A DNA stretch of 64,000 nucleotides, taken from assembly GCA_963758915.1 (NCBI GenBank), contig CAVWXH010000003.1, positions 288,001 through 352,000 of the forward strand, read 5' to 3'. Positions 39,827-50,972 of the stretch are shown piece by piece; the first letter of the stretch is position 1, and each line of letters begins with the position of its first letter. The translations under genes were made by a program, and so were the position numbers. Origin of the DNA: an uncultured Methanomicrobiales archaeon (lineage in GTDB: Archaea; Halobacteriota; Methanomicrobia; Methanomicrobiales; Methanospirillaceae). The notes under the pieces are model-generated. The model was not told the origin of the DNA. It worked only from the letters and a program-made list of their open reading frames with translations, and did not search any database.

Positions 39827-41194
39827 ATGCAGCCAATTACCCCTAAAAAGTTATTGTTGTTAGATATCTGCATCATCGTCAGCACAATTACGGCCATTCT
39901 TGTTACGTGGTGGAGCCTTTCGATCGGTATTTACGATGTTTTCCCATTCTTTTACATCATCCCGCTCGTACTCATTGCGTTTGCACACCCGAAACTTGGT
40001 ATTTACGGGACCATTCTCCTGGGCTGGGTATACCTGGCCCTCGTCTTTCTTTTCGGGTTACCTGATGCCCGGAGTTACGCAATTGCGACCATCTGGTTCT
40101 ATATCTTTGTCTCTCTCGGTGTCCTCATCTCAACCTATTCAAAAGCATATCAACGGGAGGGGGAGAAAAATTGCGGGTTATATTACAATTCCCAGGCCGG
40201 GGCATTCAGCTACGATAAAGTCAGCCTTAGAATAAACAAGGCAAACCAGAAATTCTGCACGATACTGGGGTACAATTGTGACGACCTGAAGAAAAAAACA
40301 ATCACCGACATCATTCCGGATACGGCGGCCCGGGAGAGTTTTTTAACCCAGGTGTACAACGAGCACCGGATCAGGGATATTGAAGTGGGCCTTGCGGCTT
40401 CAGACGGTTCTCTGCGATGGGCGCTGGTTTCCGCAGTCGACTGCGAAACACCGGTAATCATCTGCACCGCTGTTGACATTACCGATCAAAAACTGGCCAT
40501 GGAAGCCCTGTCCCAGGCGAATAACAAGCTCAACCTTCTCAACAATATAACACGGCATGACATCCTTAACCAGTTGACCGTGCTCATCGGTTTTCTCGAG
40601 CTTTCACGGGGGGAAACTACGGACCCCCTGCAGATCACGTACATTACAAAGGAGGAACAGGCCGCAGAAGCGATCAGAAAACAGATCCTTTTCACCCGCG
40701 ATTACCAGAATATCGGGGTCCATTCACCCGGGTGGTACAATATCGGAGAGACCGTGTCGCTCGCTTTGGCAACGATTGACCTGGCCGGGATCAGGGTTTC
40801 CGTCAACCTTCCACAGGTTGAGATCTATGCCGATCCCCTTCTTGAAAAAGTATTTTACAACCTTGTTGAGAATTCGATCCGGCACGGGGAATGTGTAACA
40901 GAAATTGCCATCTGGTCTGTTGAAACCCCGGAGGGCTTCATCCTGGCCATCGAAGACAACGGCACAGGTGTCCCTGATAGTGAAAAAGAGAGGATTTTCA
41001 GGAGGGAATATTACAAAAATACCGGTTTCGGCCTCTTCCTGGGCAGGGAGATCCTCGCCATCACCGGTCTTACTATCAGGGAGAACGGAATACCCGGCAA
41101 AAGTGCCAGGTTTGAGATTGTTGCGCCCAGGGGTACCTACCGTTTTGTGAGAGAGGACGGGAGGGGCAGGGGTGCGGAACTAAACGGCACATAG
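39827..41194 (+). CDS. Membrane-bound PAS histidine kinase
   Basis: About 4 N-terminal TM, PAS, ITRHDILNQL, NSIRHG, DNGTG, TGFGL. Confidence 0.92.
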   Translation: MQPITPKKLLLLDICIIVSTITAILVTWWSLSIGIYDVFPFFYIIPLVLIAFAHPKLGIYGTILLGWVYLALVFLFGLPDARSYAIATIWFYIFVSLGVLISTYSKAYQREGEKNCGLYYNSQAGAFSYDKVSLRINKANQKFCTILGYNCDDLKKKTITDIIPDTAARESFLTQVYNEHRIRDIEVGLAASDGSLRWALVSAVDCETPVIICTAVDITDQKLAMEALSQANNKLNLLNNITRHDILNQLTVLIGFLELSRGETTDPLQITYITKEEQAAEAIRKQILFTRDYQNIGVHSPGWYNIGETVSLALATIDLAGIRVSVNLPQVEIYADPLLEKVFYNLVENSIRHGECVTEIAIWSVETPEGFILAIEDNGTGVPDSEKERIFRREYYKNTGFGLFLGREILAITGLTIRENGIPGKSARFEIVAPRGTYRFVREDGRGRGAELNGT

Positions 41195-41250
41195 TCCTTT
41201 TTCCGGTATGGATTCACCTGACGATATGCGGGATTCCCCGGACCCGGTAT

Positions 41251-43140
41251 TCACCCTCTGGGATACCCTCGTTCTGTAAGGACTGCCCGTATCTCATCGA
41301 GGACTTCCGGGTCCTCTATGGTCGGAGGGACCGAAAATACCACGCCGTCCGCAATCTTTTTAATAGTCCCCCTGAGTATCTTGCCCGAACGGGTCTTTGG
41401 CAGCCTTTTAACCACTGAAACTTCCTTGAACGATGCAATCGGACCGATCCTTTCCCTCATCATCATGACAAGTTCCCGCTCGATTTCACCCGGGACACGG
41501 GACCGGCCGGACTTGAGGACAATAAGCCCAACCGGTACTTCGCCTTTTACCGGGTCATGTACCCCGGTTACGGCACATTCAGCCACATCGGGATGGTGGG
41601 ACAGCACCTCTTCCATTGCCCCGGTTGAAAGGCGGTGACCGGCAATATTGATAATATCGTCAGTCCTCCCCATAATCCAGAGGTATCCTTCCGCATCGAT
41701 GTATCCCGCATCAGATGTGTAATAATAACCCGGGTATGTTGAGAAGTATGTCCTGATAAAGTCCGCATCATTCTGCCACAGCGTCGTCAGGCAACCGGGA
41801 GGCAGGGGGGATTTAATCACGATATTGCCGTTCTGCCCGGGTGTGACCGGTTTACCTTCGGTATCAAAGACACGGACATCATAGCCTGGCACAGCCTTTG
41901 TGCAGGAACCGGGGCGTACCGGGAGTAATTCAATCCCTGCACAGTTTGCACCGATTGACCAGCCCGTTTCAGTCTGCCACCAGTGATCAATGACCGGCAC
42001 GCCAAGCTGTTCCTTTGCCCAGGTAAGGGTATCCGGGTCGCACCGTTCACCGGCGAGGAATAATACCCGGAGAGAGGAGAGGTCGTATTTCAGGAGATAG
42101 CGGGCTTCGGGGTCTTCCCTGCGTATTGCCCGGAATGCGGTGGGAGCACAGAATAATACAGATACCCCGTGCTCTGAAATAACCCGCCAGAACGCACCCG
42201 GGTCAGGTGTCCCCACCGATTTGCCCTCGTAGATGACGGTGGTGCACCCATGGAACAAAGGTCCGTACACGATATAGGAATGCCCGACGACCCATCCGAT
42301 ATCGGAAGCAGCCCAGTATACTTCGCCTGGTGACACACCGTAAATATTATCCATACTCCATTTCAGGGCGACGAGATGGCCCCCGTTATCCCGGAGGACG
42401 CCCTTCGGTTTCCCGGTAGTGCCAGATGTATAGAGAATATACAGCGGGTCTGTTGCAGCAACCGGCACACAGCCAGCCGGTGCACCCTTCATGAAGGCGG
42501 ACCAGTCGTGGTCCCGGCCTTCGATAAGCGAGACCGTCTTTTCCAGCCTCTGGACGATGACACACGCCTCGGGTTTGTGCGTACAGAGTTCTATTGCTGA
42601 ATCCAGGAGCGGTTTGTAGGGTATTATCCGGTTTACCTCGATCCCGCACGAAGAGCACATTACCACCCGTGGGCGTGCGTCCTCGATCCTGGTCGCCAGT
42701 TCTTTTGGTGCAAACCCGCCAAAGACGACCGAATGGATCGCACCGATCCGTGCACATGCCAGCATCGAAATAACTGCCTCCGGGATCATCGGCATGTAAA
42801 TGACAACGCGGTCACCCTTTGTGACACCCAGCCGGGTGAGGCCCCCGGCACATTGTGCTGCGCTGTCACGCAGCTCCCGGTACGTAAATTTTTTCACCGT
42901 TTTTGTGACAGGGCTGTCGTAAATCAATGCGACCTGGTCGGCCCTGCCATTCTCCACGTGCCGGTCCAGTGCATTATAACAGCTGTTGAGGATGCCGCCA
43001 TTAAACCAGCGTGTAAACGGCGGGTTGTGGTTATCGAGAACCTGGTCCCACTTACGGTACCAATGCACAGATTCAGCTGCCTGCCCCCAGAATTCTTCAG
43101 GGTGCTCAATTGAAAGTCTGTACACTTCATCATATCCCAA
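41251..43140 (-). CDS. prpE: Propionyl-CoA synthetase (acyl-CoA synthetase)
   Basis: YTSGTTGKPKG, DIGWVVGHSYIVYGPL, FLAGERCDP, DHWWQTETG, LPKTRSGKILR; TTG start. Confidence 0.85.
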   Translation of the reverse strand: MGYDEVYRLSIEHPEEFWGQAAESVHWYRKWDQVLDNHNPPFTRWFNGGILNSCYNALDRHVENGRADQVALIYDSPVTKTVKKFTYRELRDSAAQCAGGLTRLGVTKGDRVVIYMPMIPEAVISMLACARIGAIHSVVFGGFAPKELATRIEDARPRVVMCSSCGIEVNRIIPYKPLLDSAIELCTHKPEACVIVQRLEKTVSLIEGRDHDWSAFMKGAPAGCVPVAATDPLYILYTSGTTGKPKGVLRDNGGHLVALKWSMDNIYGVSPGEVYWAASDIGWVVGHSYIVYGPLFHGCTTVIYEGKSVGTPDPGAFWRVISEHGVSVLFCAPTAFRAIRREDPEARYLLKYDLSSLRVLFLAGERCDPDTLTWAKEQLGVPVIDHWWQTETGWSIGANCAGIELLPVRPGSCTKAVPGYDVRVFDTEGKPVTPGQNGNIVIKSPLPPGCLTTLWQNDADFIRTYFSTYPGYYYTSDAGYIDAEGYLWIMGRTDDIINIAGHRLSTGAMEEVLSHHPDVAECAVTGVHDPVKGEVPVGLIVLKSGRSRVPGEIERELVMMMRERIGPIASFKEVSVVKRLPKTRSGKILRGTIKKIADGVVFSVPPTIEDPEVLDEIRAVLTERGYPRG

Positions 43141-43384
43141 TTATTCCAGCCCCTGCCATGTTATTACCCACATCCATCACCGATCCGGAAATCTGTTTAT
43201 CCAGTATCGGGAACGCGGGGTTATAATAGTACTGTCATCAGCTCAGGGGAGTGAAATGGCGGCGGCGCAGGTACTGTCACGGAACGAAGTTAAAAGGGCA
43301 CAATACGAAATTCTAAAGGATAACTAAGATAGCCAGCTGTTTTTCGGTGGAGTGAAAATGATCCCGTTGCATGGGAAAAAGGTT

Positions 43385-43549
43385 TTATACCGTTATCTCT
43401 TCATCGGCAGTATGACCACGTAACAGATTTTTAAGGTTAACCATAACCCCGCCATGCAATTCTTCATTTCCTTTTAGCTTTTTTCCACACATAATACAGT
43501 AAATTGCCTCATCGGAGGCATTGAACCCACAATGTTTACACAATGTCAT
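43385..43549 (-). CDS. Small zinc-ribbon protein (54 aa)
   Basis: MTLCKHCG...AIYCIMCGKKL. Confidence 0.7.
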   Translation of the reverse strand: MTLCKHCGFNASDEAIYCIMCGKKLKGNEELHGGVMVNLKNLLRGHTADEEITV

Positions 43550-43751
43550 GTGACCCACAACCTGGTAAGCTCCATCAATCCACTGTGAGGCAATAAAGGT
43601 ATCCATCATGCAGATCAGACATGCCGCATGTCGCCAATATGCAGCTCTTTTACAGTACAACGTCTTTTTCATCAAATTTAATGTTCCGGCCAGTTCGTAG
43701 CAGAGCGGTTCATCTATAGTAAAAAAAGGAAAGCCTGGTGATCTATCACCC

Positions 43752-45938
43752 TCACACCATGGGGTAATACACCTCACCCATGCCCGGGAGGGGGACCGTT
43801 GAGATCGTCGTATTGATATTGTCAAGGGAATTTGCCTTGATCTGTTTCGAGGAGATGGTATAGAGGACGTTCCCGATGTAGAGGGAACGTTTTACATCCG
43901 CCCCCGAGCTGCCGTAGTAGTAGTACCCGTTGTCACCGCTACCGTGCTGCACAGTCCCTTTGAGCGTGAACCCGGTCTCGGGGGTGAGGCCGAATACGTA
44001 CGCCCCGTACCATGCCTGTGGCTGGTTGTTGTAATAGCCCCCTTTGCTGACCTGGCTCATGGATACCGCCCGGATGGGGATAACGAGGAGGTTCTTGTTC
44101 CGATCGAAGAGGAATGCATGGTGGTCGGTTAGTGCCGCCGAATCAGAACCTGCGTCACCGATCTGCACCTTGTCGAGCTGTTTCGGGTTCGTAACGTCAG
44201 ATACATCGAAGAGGGCCAGTTTAACCCCGCTCGTTGAAACACCACCCCATTCATTCGATGCTGTCTCCTTGCCGATGCCGATGATATGCGTTGCATCGTA
44301 GGGGTGCAGGTAATCGGAATACCCGGGGATCTTCAGTTTTCCGAGGACCTTTGGGTTTGAAGGTGTGGAGAGGTCGATTACGAAGAACGGGTCGATCCGC
44401 TTGAACGTCACCATGTAGAGCCGGTCACCGATAAAACGGGTGGAATAAATGGTCTCCTGTTCGGCAAGACGGGTCAGTGCTCCGATCCGCTCCATCTGGC
44501 CATTAAGGACATAGACATTGTTATAGGTATACTGCCCGGACCGGGTATAGACACTTGAGGTGGTGGCAACACGGAGGTTGTCGTTATACTCGTCCATCGA
44601 AAACTGGTTCTTCAGCGTCCCGGGTACTTCACCTTTCGCGACATATTGGATCTTCCCGTCCTTTATCCCGATCTTGTGGATTACCGTGGAGGTCTGGTCT
44701 GCTTCCTGCTGCCGGATTGAGTCCTGCTCTCCGCTCCGAAGACCGCTGATGATCGCCTGTCTCTGGTCATCATTCATTGCATTGAAGTCCTGTGGAACCG
44801 GCGATGATGATACGGCCCCCGATGCCCCCGACCCTTCAATCCAGCTCACCGGTGCAGGCAGGGGCTTTGCTATTTCCATTCCGCCCCTGACCGGGTAGAC
44901 AACGGGGTGGTATTTCTGATAACTGACATACATCGCGTCCGGTGAGACATAGATAATATTTCCATTGCCTAACAGGTAGGTCTGTGCGTTTTTCTCAGTT
45001 CCGTTGGCTGCGTCGATTGCAGTAATGGTGGTGAAGGTGTACTGCTGGTCGGGATAATCGAAGTGCCAGACATCAGGCTGGACAACCGTCTTTGTCCCTT
45101 CACGGAGCGTGGGCACTATAATCCGGTCGTTGTAGTACGGGTATACCTGCTCGCGGGTGATCATGTAGATAATGGAGCCAATCATCCGGGCATCGGTGTA
45201 ATCGCCTTCAATCGTGTAGTCCTTTATCACCTTCGGGCTGGAACGGTCACTGATATCGTAGATGACCTCGTGGGTGACCGGTGAATTATATACCGGTCGC
45301 CGTGGCATTATCTCCGCGTTTACCGATGAGGTTTTCTCCTCAGGGTAATCAGGTGACCCATATCCCTGGGTAAAGAGCACAAGACGGTCCCCGGTTACAA
45401 AGAGGTCTTTCGGGGTGTCAGAAATTTCAGTCTTCGAGACAACCAAGGCTTTTTCTGCAGGGTAGGCATCGACGATGGTGAGGGTCTGGCCTGATATCGT
45501 GTAGATATACCGTGCGTCATTCTTCACGATATCTGGCTCATCCACCCCTACAACCTGGATGTTGGTCGTCGAATAATCACCAGCCCCCGAGCTGATAGTG
45601 GAGTAATCAACAGCCCCTGCTGCAGCAGGAACAGGGATGGCCATACTGTTCTTTGCCGATTCCTGGCTCGTCTGCAATGGCAGACCCGAAGATCCCGCAC
45701 CCGGGCCACCGGAGACCATGGCAGTCATTGGATAGGTACGGTACCGGTCCTGCTGGTCCGTTGCCATCGAACTCCGGATATACTGCTCAATCTCGGCCGT
45801 AGAGTTGAATTTCTTCAGGTCCATTGCAGCCGGTGCCGTTACCGGGGTTACGGCAGGGACATTTGTACAGCCCGATGCCAGTATTGCCATAAGGATGAGT
45901 GTGGCCAATAGTAATGGGATACATTTCTGGAGCGACAT
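43752..45938 (-). CDS. Secreted beta-propeller domain lipoprotein (Beta_propel family)
   Basis: LASGC lipobox; YSTTNIQVVGVDEPDIVK, NQFSMDE, RF.GDR.Y.VTF..DP, LKIPGYSDYLHP. Confidence 0.9.
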   Translation of the reverse strand: MSLQKCIPLLLATLILMAILASGCTNVPAVTPVTAPAAMDLKKFNSTAEIEQYIRSSMATDQQDRYRTYPMTAMVSGGPGAGSSGLPLQTSQESAKNSMAIPVPAAAGAVDYSTISSGAGDYSTTNIQVVGVDEPDIVKNDARYIYTISGQTLTIVDAYPAEKALVVSKTEISDTPKDLFVTGDRLVLFTQGYGSPDYPEEKTSSVNAEIMPRRPVYNSPVTHEVIYDISDRSSPKVIKDYTIEGDYTDARMIGSIIYMITREQVYPYYNDRIIVPTLREGTKTVVQPDVWHFDYPDQQYTFTTITAIDAANGTEKNAQTYLLGNGNIIYVSPDAMYVSYQKYHPVVYPVRGGMEIAKPLPAPVSWIEGSGASGAVSSSPVPQDFNAMNDDQRQAIISGLRSGEQDSIRQQEADQTSTVIHKIGIKDGKIQYVAKGEVPGTLKNQFSMDEYNDNLRVATTSSVYTRSGQYTYNNVYVLNGQMERIGALTRLAEQETIYSTRFIGDRLYMVTFKRIDPFFVIDLSTPSNPKVLGKLKIPGYSDYLHPYDATHIIGIGKETASNEWGGVSTSGVKLALFDVSDVTNPKQLDKVQIGDAGSDSAALTDHHAFLFDRNKNLLVIPIRAVSMSQVSKGGYYNNQPQAWYGAYVFGLTPETGFTLKGTVQHGSGDNGYYYYGSSGADVKRSLYIGNVLYTISSKQIKANSLDNINTTISTVPLPGMGEVYYPMV

Positions 45939-46078
45939 GGTTACTACGTGATATGGGAGGGTGACCTGATCAATATGGCGTTGACTGCGAAAAATTTCGG
46001 AGGTATAGGGCATTCCAGGAATATATCACCAGGATTCAAACCTTCGCATAACGGTTTTTCAGTCTATACCGGGCTTTT

Positions 46079-46344
46079 TGCTTTGTTAAAACCCTCTCAA
46101 TCTATCTTGTGGATTCGCGTATTCAAAAATTTAGTCACGCTCCCGGGGCTCTGCCCGCCACTTTGATGGCCCTGGTTTGGATAGGGTATGATCTCAAAAT
46201 CTCTGAGTTTTTCGTGAATTCTACCGTGTAATCTGCCCAGGGAATATCTTATTGGGAGGGGAGCAGGGAGGGGGGTGAAACCCCCTCCTGTCTGCTTATT
46301 TCCTCTCTTTAAAAAAAATAAATGTGCAGGGTTTCAACCAGGCG
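46079..46344 (+). mobile_element. MITE-like repeat, short copy C
   Basis: TGCTTTGTTAAAACCCT ... AGGGTTTCAACCAGGCG; GGGCTTT on both flanks (possible target duplication). Confidence 0.8.
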
Positions 46345-46528
46345 GGGCTTTGAACTACAACCGGGTTTTGGCCCCATTGGAAATACCACTCATCCCGAGT
46401 ACACGGTTAACTGCATCTTTGCCGGGTATTTATCCGGTTGAAGAAATTTTTTTTAACCCAATGACTAAAAAAACGTATTTGTCATATTTCAGACCTGTAT
46501 TACTTTGAAGGATATGGATTGCCGGTTC

Positions 46529-46894
46529 TCACATCCCGCCGAGTTTGTCCCGGGAGATCTTGACCCCTGCGGGGGTGATGATAATATATTTCTGTTCCCC
46601 AAGTCCGATGATGTCCCCGTTCACGTCTTTCGCGACCTCTTTCATATCCTTGAGTACACGTTCGTACATCACCTTATCAGCCCGTAGCTGTGCAATATCC
46701 ATGACCACGATGTTACCGTTGTAGATTTCATCCTTGATCATGGGACAGTCTTTGATGTCTCCTACCGTGGCAATCTTGACATAGAGTGCCGTATTTGCTG
46801 CATCCATATCCTCGGGGACTTCAAGCGTCATATAATCCTCTACATTCCGCTCTTCCTCTCCCTTTCCCATTATGGAATTCAAGAATTTTCCCAT
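46529..46894 (-). CDS. sepF: Cell division protein SepF
   Basis: IKDEIYNGNIVVMDI...VNGDIIGLG...IIITPAGVKISRDKL; N-terminal amphipathic helix. Confidence 0.92.
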   Translation of the reverse strand: MGKFLNSIMGKGEEERNVEDYMTLEVPEDMDAANTALYVKIATVGDIKDCPMIKDEIYNGNIVVMDIAQLRADKVMYERVLKDMKEVAKDVNGDIIGLGEQKYIIITPAGVKISRDKLGGM

Positions 46895-47125
46895 AAAAAA
46901 AAGGTAGATTGAATCTTATTTAATTGTATCTATAATAATTTCTGATATGCCCGTTTTTTTATGGATTTTTACGCAGATGTAATCAGATAGCCGGGATCTT
47001 TGTTGATTAACCAGGGGTCTTTCCGTGCGGTCCGGGAGACGGGATCAGGGCAGACCGGGAGGTATCATGATTTCAACCGGTGGTTTTTTAAACTCGATAA
47101 AAGATTCTTGTTACAGGTAATTCCC

Positions 47126-48244
47126 ATGAAGAACATGTCAATTCTGATACTTGCGTTAATTCTCGCCCTTGTAATAACCGGGTGTGCATCAGCTGAAGTG
47201 ACGGTTGCGGCCAAATCCACATCAAGTACACCCCAGGCCGGAAATTCGTATACTACAGGCAGCATTTATGTTGTCTCAACCCCTCCGGGGTCATCCGCTA
47301 TTCTCGACGGGGGAGAAAACCAGTTATTCACCCCGGGAACATTCTCATCTGTTCTACCCGGTGTACACAATGTAATGATTACGATGCCCGGGTACCAGCC
47401 CTCCACGTCAGTGGTAACCGTAAGCGCAGGGACGACCCAGAACGTGAATGTTGACCTTGTTAGGGTCATTTCACCCGGGAGCATATCACTCTCCTCGACT
47501 CCTAAGGGGGCAGGGTTTTATGTTGACGAGATCTACCAGGGGAAAACAGACCAGATTATCGGGAATCTTGCAGCAGGCCCGCACAAATTAGGAATTTACG
47601 AGGCGGGTTACGAGACCTGGGAAAGTACGGTTACGGTTGTAAGCGGCCAGACCACACCAGTGGTTGTTACACTTGTCCCGGAAAAAAGCCCTGATACGGG
47701 CGACCTCCAGGTCTCATCGGCACCTTCGGGTGCTGCCGTCTACCTGAACGGTAATTTCAGGGGAGTGACACCACTTGACGACTCTCTTGATATCGTCAAC
47801 CTCGCACCAGGCAGTTATACCGTCATGGTGAAAAAATCCGGGTACCAGGACTACTCGGCCACGGTATCGATACAGGCAGGGAAAAATGTACAAATGAATG
47901 CAGCCCTTCAGCCGGCAAGCCAGGCCTCTGCCTTTGCAAGTGTCCAGATTGCCTCATCCCCAGGCGGGGCTAATGTCTACGTAAACGGTGCATATATTGG
48001 TATAACTCCGCTCTCATCCCAGAAAGTGAACCCAGGGACCTACACGGTAGAAATCCGGATGGATGGATATACCCCCTATACAACAACCGGACAGGTGATA
48101 GCCGGGCAGAATATCCAGCTCACTGCAGCATTGGCCCCGGTCCCGGTAGCTACCCCGACAACCAAAGCAGGTGCAGGTCCGTTTGTGCTGGTCACGGCAC
48201 TCGGGATAATATGCATTGCAGGGTATCTCACATCGCGGCGCTGA
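47126..48244 (+). CDS. PEGA-repeat surface protein with C-terminal TM anchor
   Basis: Four S.P.GA.V...G.TP PEGA units; TPTTKAG + TM + RR tail. Confidence 0.9.
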   Translation: MKNMSILILALILALVITGCASAEVTVAAKSTSSTPQAGNSYTTGSIYVVSTPPGSSAILDGGENQLFTPGTFSSVLPGVHNVMITMPGYQPSTSVVTVSAGTTQNVNVDLVRVISPGSISLSSTPKGAGFYVDEIYQGKTDQIIGNLAAGPHKLGIYEAGYETWESTVTVVSGQTTPVVVTLVPEKSPDTGDLQVSSAPSGAAVYLNGNFRGVTPLDDSLDIVNLAPGSYTVMVKKSGYQDYSATVSIQAGKNVQMNAALQPASQASAFASVQIASSPGGANVYVNGAYIGITPLSSQKVNPGTYTVEIRMDGYTPYTTTGQVIAGQNIQLTAALAPVPVATPTTKAGAGPFVLVTALGIICIAGYLTSRR

Positions 48245-48452
48245 TACCCGTGCATCCCACCTGATGCCATTGAACAGCTACCCCTTTTTTATCACCAGGG
48301 AGACACCCGGTCATCAGGATTTTACAAAAACCCACATATGGATGATGTTTATCCGGGATCACCTGTTTTTCTCCAGGAGAACGGATCGGGACTTCACTTT
48401 CACCCCACCCGCGGCAGCTTCCCATATACCATGGTACCGAAGTACCAGGCAA

Positions 48453-48680
48453 ATGGTTACTGCAACTGACTTCCGGCGCCTGACAGAGCGGTGGTCACGG
48501 ATAGCCCTCCATTTAGAGGGTCATGATGTGAAATACGGGATTGAACTGGTGCAATTACTGGAGAGAATAAAAGGCCCCGGGCTTGCATATTTCGATGACC
48601 CGCTCGAGGCAGCGATTGTCTTTACCACGATTGAGGTACTAAAGGGAAGGAAGAAGGAACGGGGCACATTTGATCCATGA
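48453..48680 (+). CDS. Small conserved-type hypothetical protein
   Basis: ERW...FDDPLEAA helical protein, 75 aa. Confidence 0.6.
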   Translation: MVTATDFRRLTERWSRIALHLEGHDVKYGIELVQLLERIKGPGLAYFDDPLEAAIVFTTIEVLKGRKKERGTFDP

Positions 48681-48726
48681 AAAACAAACTGCTATATCAT
48701 AGCCAGTCCAGAAAGATATAGTCGTT

Positions 48727-48888
48727 ATGAGCCTGCTGAATTATATCCTCACCGGGGTTTCAGTCATCGCCATCGTGTATAGTTACGCGGTTGGAAGTTC
48801 GACGGGAGTCATCATATGGGCGATCGTGCTCGGGTTAAATGTTGCACTGCTCCTGGTGGAACGATCGAAAAAGCAGAAAATAATGTAA
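48727..48888 (+). CDS. Small two-TM membrane protein (53 aa, below the ORF-track cutoff)
   Basis: MSLLNYILTGVSVIAIVYSYAVGSSTGVIIWAIVLGLNVALLLVERSKKQKIM; TATA-like sequence upstream. Confidence 0.65.
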   Translation: MSLLNYILTGVSVIAIVYSYAVGSSTGVIIWAIVLGLNVALLLVERSKKQKIM

Positions 48889-48928
48889 CCCTGTGTATCA
48901 GTTCACCATGAATATTTCAGGGCCCCGG

Positions 48929-49197
48929 GGCTTTGTTGATACCTCCTGGAATCCATTTTAACGGTTTATTGCGGTCAGGGGCATGTTTTTGCGCCAGCAG
49001 GGGCTTTTCAGCCCCGGCACTTTGGAGGCCCGGTTGGGATAGAGGCAGTTACATGCATACCTGAAATATTCAAAAACATCTGATGTGAGCCCTGGCCGGG
49101 AATATCGTAATGAGACCGGCCGGAAGCGGGGTGTAAAAACACCCTGATAAAGCCCCTGAATTCGTTTTTATGCCACCATTGATAGTACAAGAAAGCA
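48929..49197 (+). mobile_element. MITE-like repeat, degenerate copy D
   Basis: Starts GGCTTTGTTGATA; retains CCGGTTGGGATAGAG and CCCTG..GAATATC blocks; same length as copies B and C. Confidence 0.6.
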
Positions 49198-49238
49198 GAA
49201 ATCAGTTAAATCCCATTAATCCATAAAAAAATTAGCAC

Positions 49239-49931
49239 TCAAATCACTTCAGCACGAATGATCGTCACGTTCTGAAGCGGCCGGTCATTTGGTGAACCGG
49301 ACGTCGGCACCTTCCCGATAGCGTCCACGACATCCATTCCCCCGACAACATTCCCGAATACCGGGTAACTGGCATCAAAGGTGGGCCGGACGCTGTTGTC
49401 CACGAGGTTGATGAAGAACTGGGAGCCCCCGGTATTGGGTCCTGAATTTGCCATTGCGATGGCACCACGGACGTTCTTGTTGTGGCTTGTGAACTCATCC
49501 GGGATCCTGTACCCCGGGCCTCCCCTGCCGGTACCCGTCGGGTCACCGCCCTGGATCATGAACCCGTTAATCACGCGGTGGAAAATAACCCCGTTATAGT
49601 ACCCGCTCGTTACGAGCGATTCAAAATTACCGGCGGTGATGGGCATATCGGGATCAAGGGCAATGGTAATGTCCCCCATGGTCGTCCCGAGCTTCACATG
49701 TTTTGTGCCTTTTACCGGGGTTGCTATCGACGAAGTTGTATTCAGCGATGCGGCAGGGGTCATCGGGGGGGTCCCGGCTGTGGTCACGGAGGGTGCTGCA
49801 ACGGCGGTCCCGGGTTGCGATATCACCGGGGTGACCGCCTTGTCTGGAACCGTGGACTGCGTGCACCCTGCGGAGAACACGAGAGCAGCAATAAGAAGTG
49901 CGATGATACTGCACATTTTTTTCGAAGACAT
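49239..49931 (-). CDS. Cyclophilin-type peptidyl-prolyl isomerase, lipoprotein
   Basis: FHRVINGFMIQGGDPTGTG, AMANSGPNTGGSQFFIN; SAGC lipobox. Confidence 0.95.
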   Translation of the reverse strand: MSSKKMCSIIALLIAALVFSAGCTQSTVPDKAVTPVISQPGTAVAAPSVTTAGTPPMTPAASLNTTSSIATPVKGTKHVKLGTTMGDITIALDPDMPITAGNFESLVTSGYYNGVIFHRVINGFMIQGGDPTGTGRGGPGYRIPDEFTSHNKNVRGAIAMANSGPNTGGSQFFINLVDNSVRPTFDASYPVFGNVVGGMDVVDAIGKVPTSGSPNDRPLQNVTIIRAEVI

Positions 49932-50048
49932 GGTGTATTCAGGTAGGAGGGACTGAAAAATAGATATTGCGGGCGGGGGGTTGGAATATCCGCAGGGAAC
50001 TACGGTTCCAGTCCCGGAAGCCAGGATGTGCGATACCGGTCCGACTCA

Positions 50049-50972
50049 CTATGCGGGTGATGCGGGGGGCATAGACCGCATCGACTTGTACATAAAGAAC
50101 CCCACCACGCCGAACGTGATGACCGGTGAAACCCAGTTCGGGATATGGAACCCGAAACTGTCAAGCAGCATGATGATCCCCAGGAAAAATACGGAGTACA
50201 TTGCACCGTTTTTAAGGTACTGGTATTTTTTAATGTTATCCACGTTCCGGATCGTGAGCTCCCGGACAATAAATGCACCGATACCGTTCCCGATAAGGAT
50301 GAGCGGTACAGACATCGTGAAGGCGAAAGCCCCGACTACCCCGTCGATGGAGAAGGTAGCATCGATCACTTCCAGGTAAAAGATCTTGCTCATATCCGAC
50401 ATGTTCCCATGGAGCATCTCCCTCTCGGCCTCCTCGGCATTCTGCCGGAACCCGTGGACAATAAAGAAGGCAGTAGAACCCACGACCGCACCGAATGCCA
50501 TCAGCGGGTTCCGCCCGAGGGCAAGCCAGACAATTGCCGCAAGGATGATGGAGGCAATTGCAAAAAACCAGACCCCCTTGGATGCGATATATTGCTCTCC
50601 CCGGAGCCCGAAATTTTTCTTTTCAAGAAAGAGCCAGTGGAGAAACAGGAGGATCAGGAATGTTCCCCCACCACTCAGGAGGATCGGGGCTGACTGTTCG
50701 ATCGCTTCCAGTACCAGCGGGTCGCTTGAGAATGTCGCAAAGAATGCCCCGGCCGGACTGAGTTCCGGGGTGGAAAGCCATACTATGAGCAGGGGTAGCA
50801 GGCCACGGATGGCGAAAACCGCGATTAATAACCCCCATACCAAAAACCATCGCCGTGCCCGCTCACTCATGGTTGAGAGTACTTCGGCATTGATAATCGC
50901 ATTATCAATACTCGTGATCGTCTCAAACAGGATAAGGCCGGCAAGTATGAGGATTATGGCAGTAAATTCCAT
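50049..50972 (-). CDS. DUF475 / TerC-like membrane protein
   Basis: SIDNAIINA, LEVIDATFSIDGVVGAFA, YLKNGAMYS. Confidence 0.88.
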   Translation of the reverse strand: MEFTAIILILAGLILFETITSIDNAIINAEVLSTMSERARRWFLVWGLLIAVFAIRGLLPLLIVWLSTPELSPAGAFFATFSSDPLVLEAIEQSAPILLSGGGTFLILLFLHWLFLEKKNFGLRGEQYIASKGVWFFAIASIILAAIVWLALGRNPLMAFGAVVGSTAFFIVHGFRQNAEEAEREMLHGNMSDMSKIFYLEVIDATFSIDGVVGAFAFTMSVPLILIGNGIGAFIVRELTIRNVDNIKKYQYLKNGAMYSVFFLGIIMLLDSFGFHIPNWVSPVITFGVVGFFMYKSMRSMPPASPA

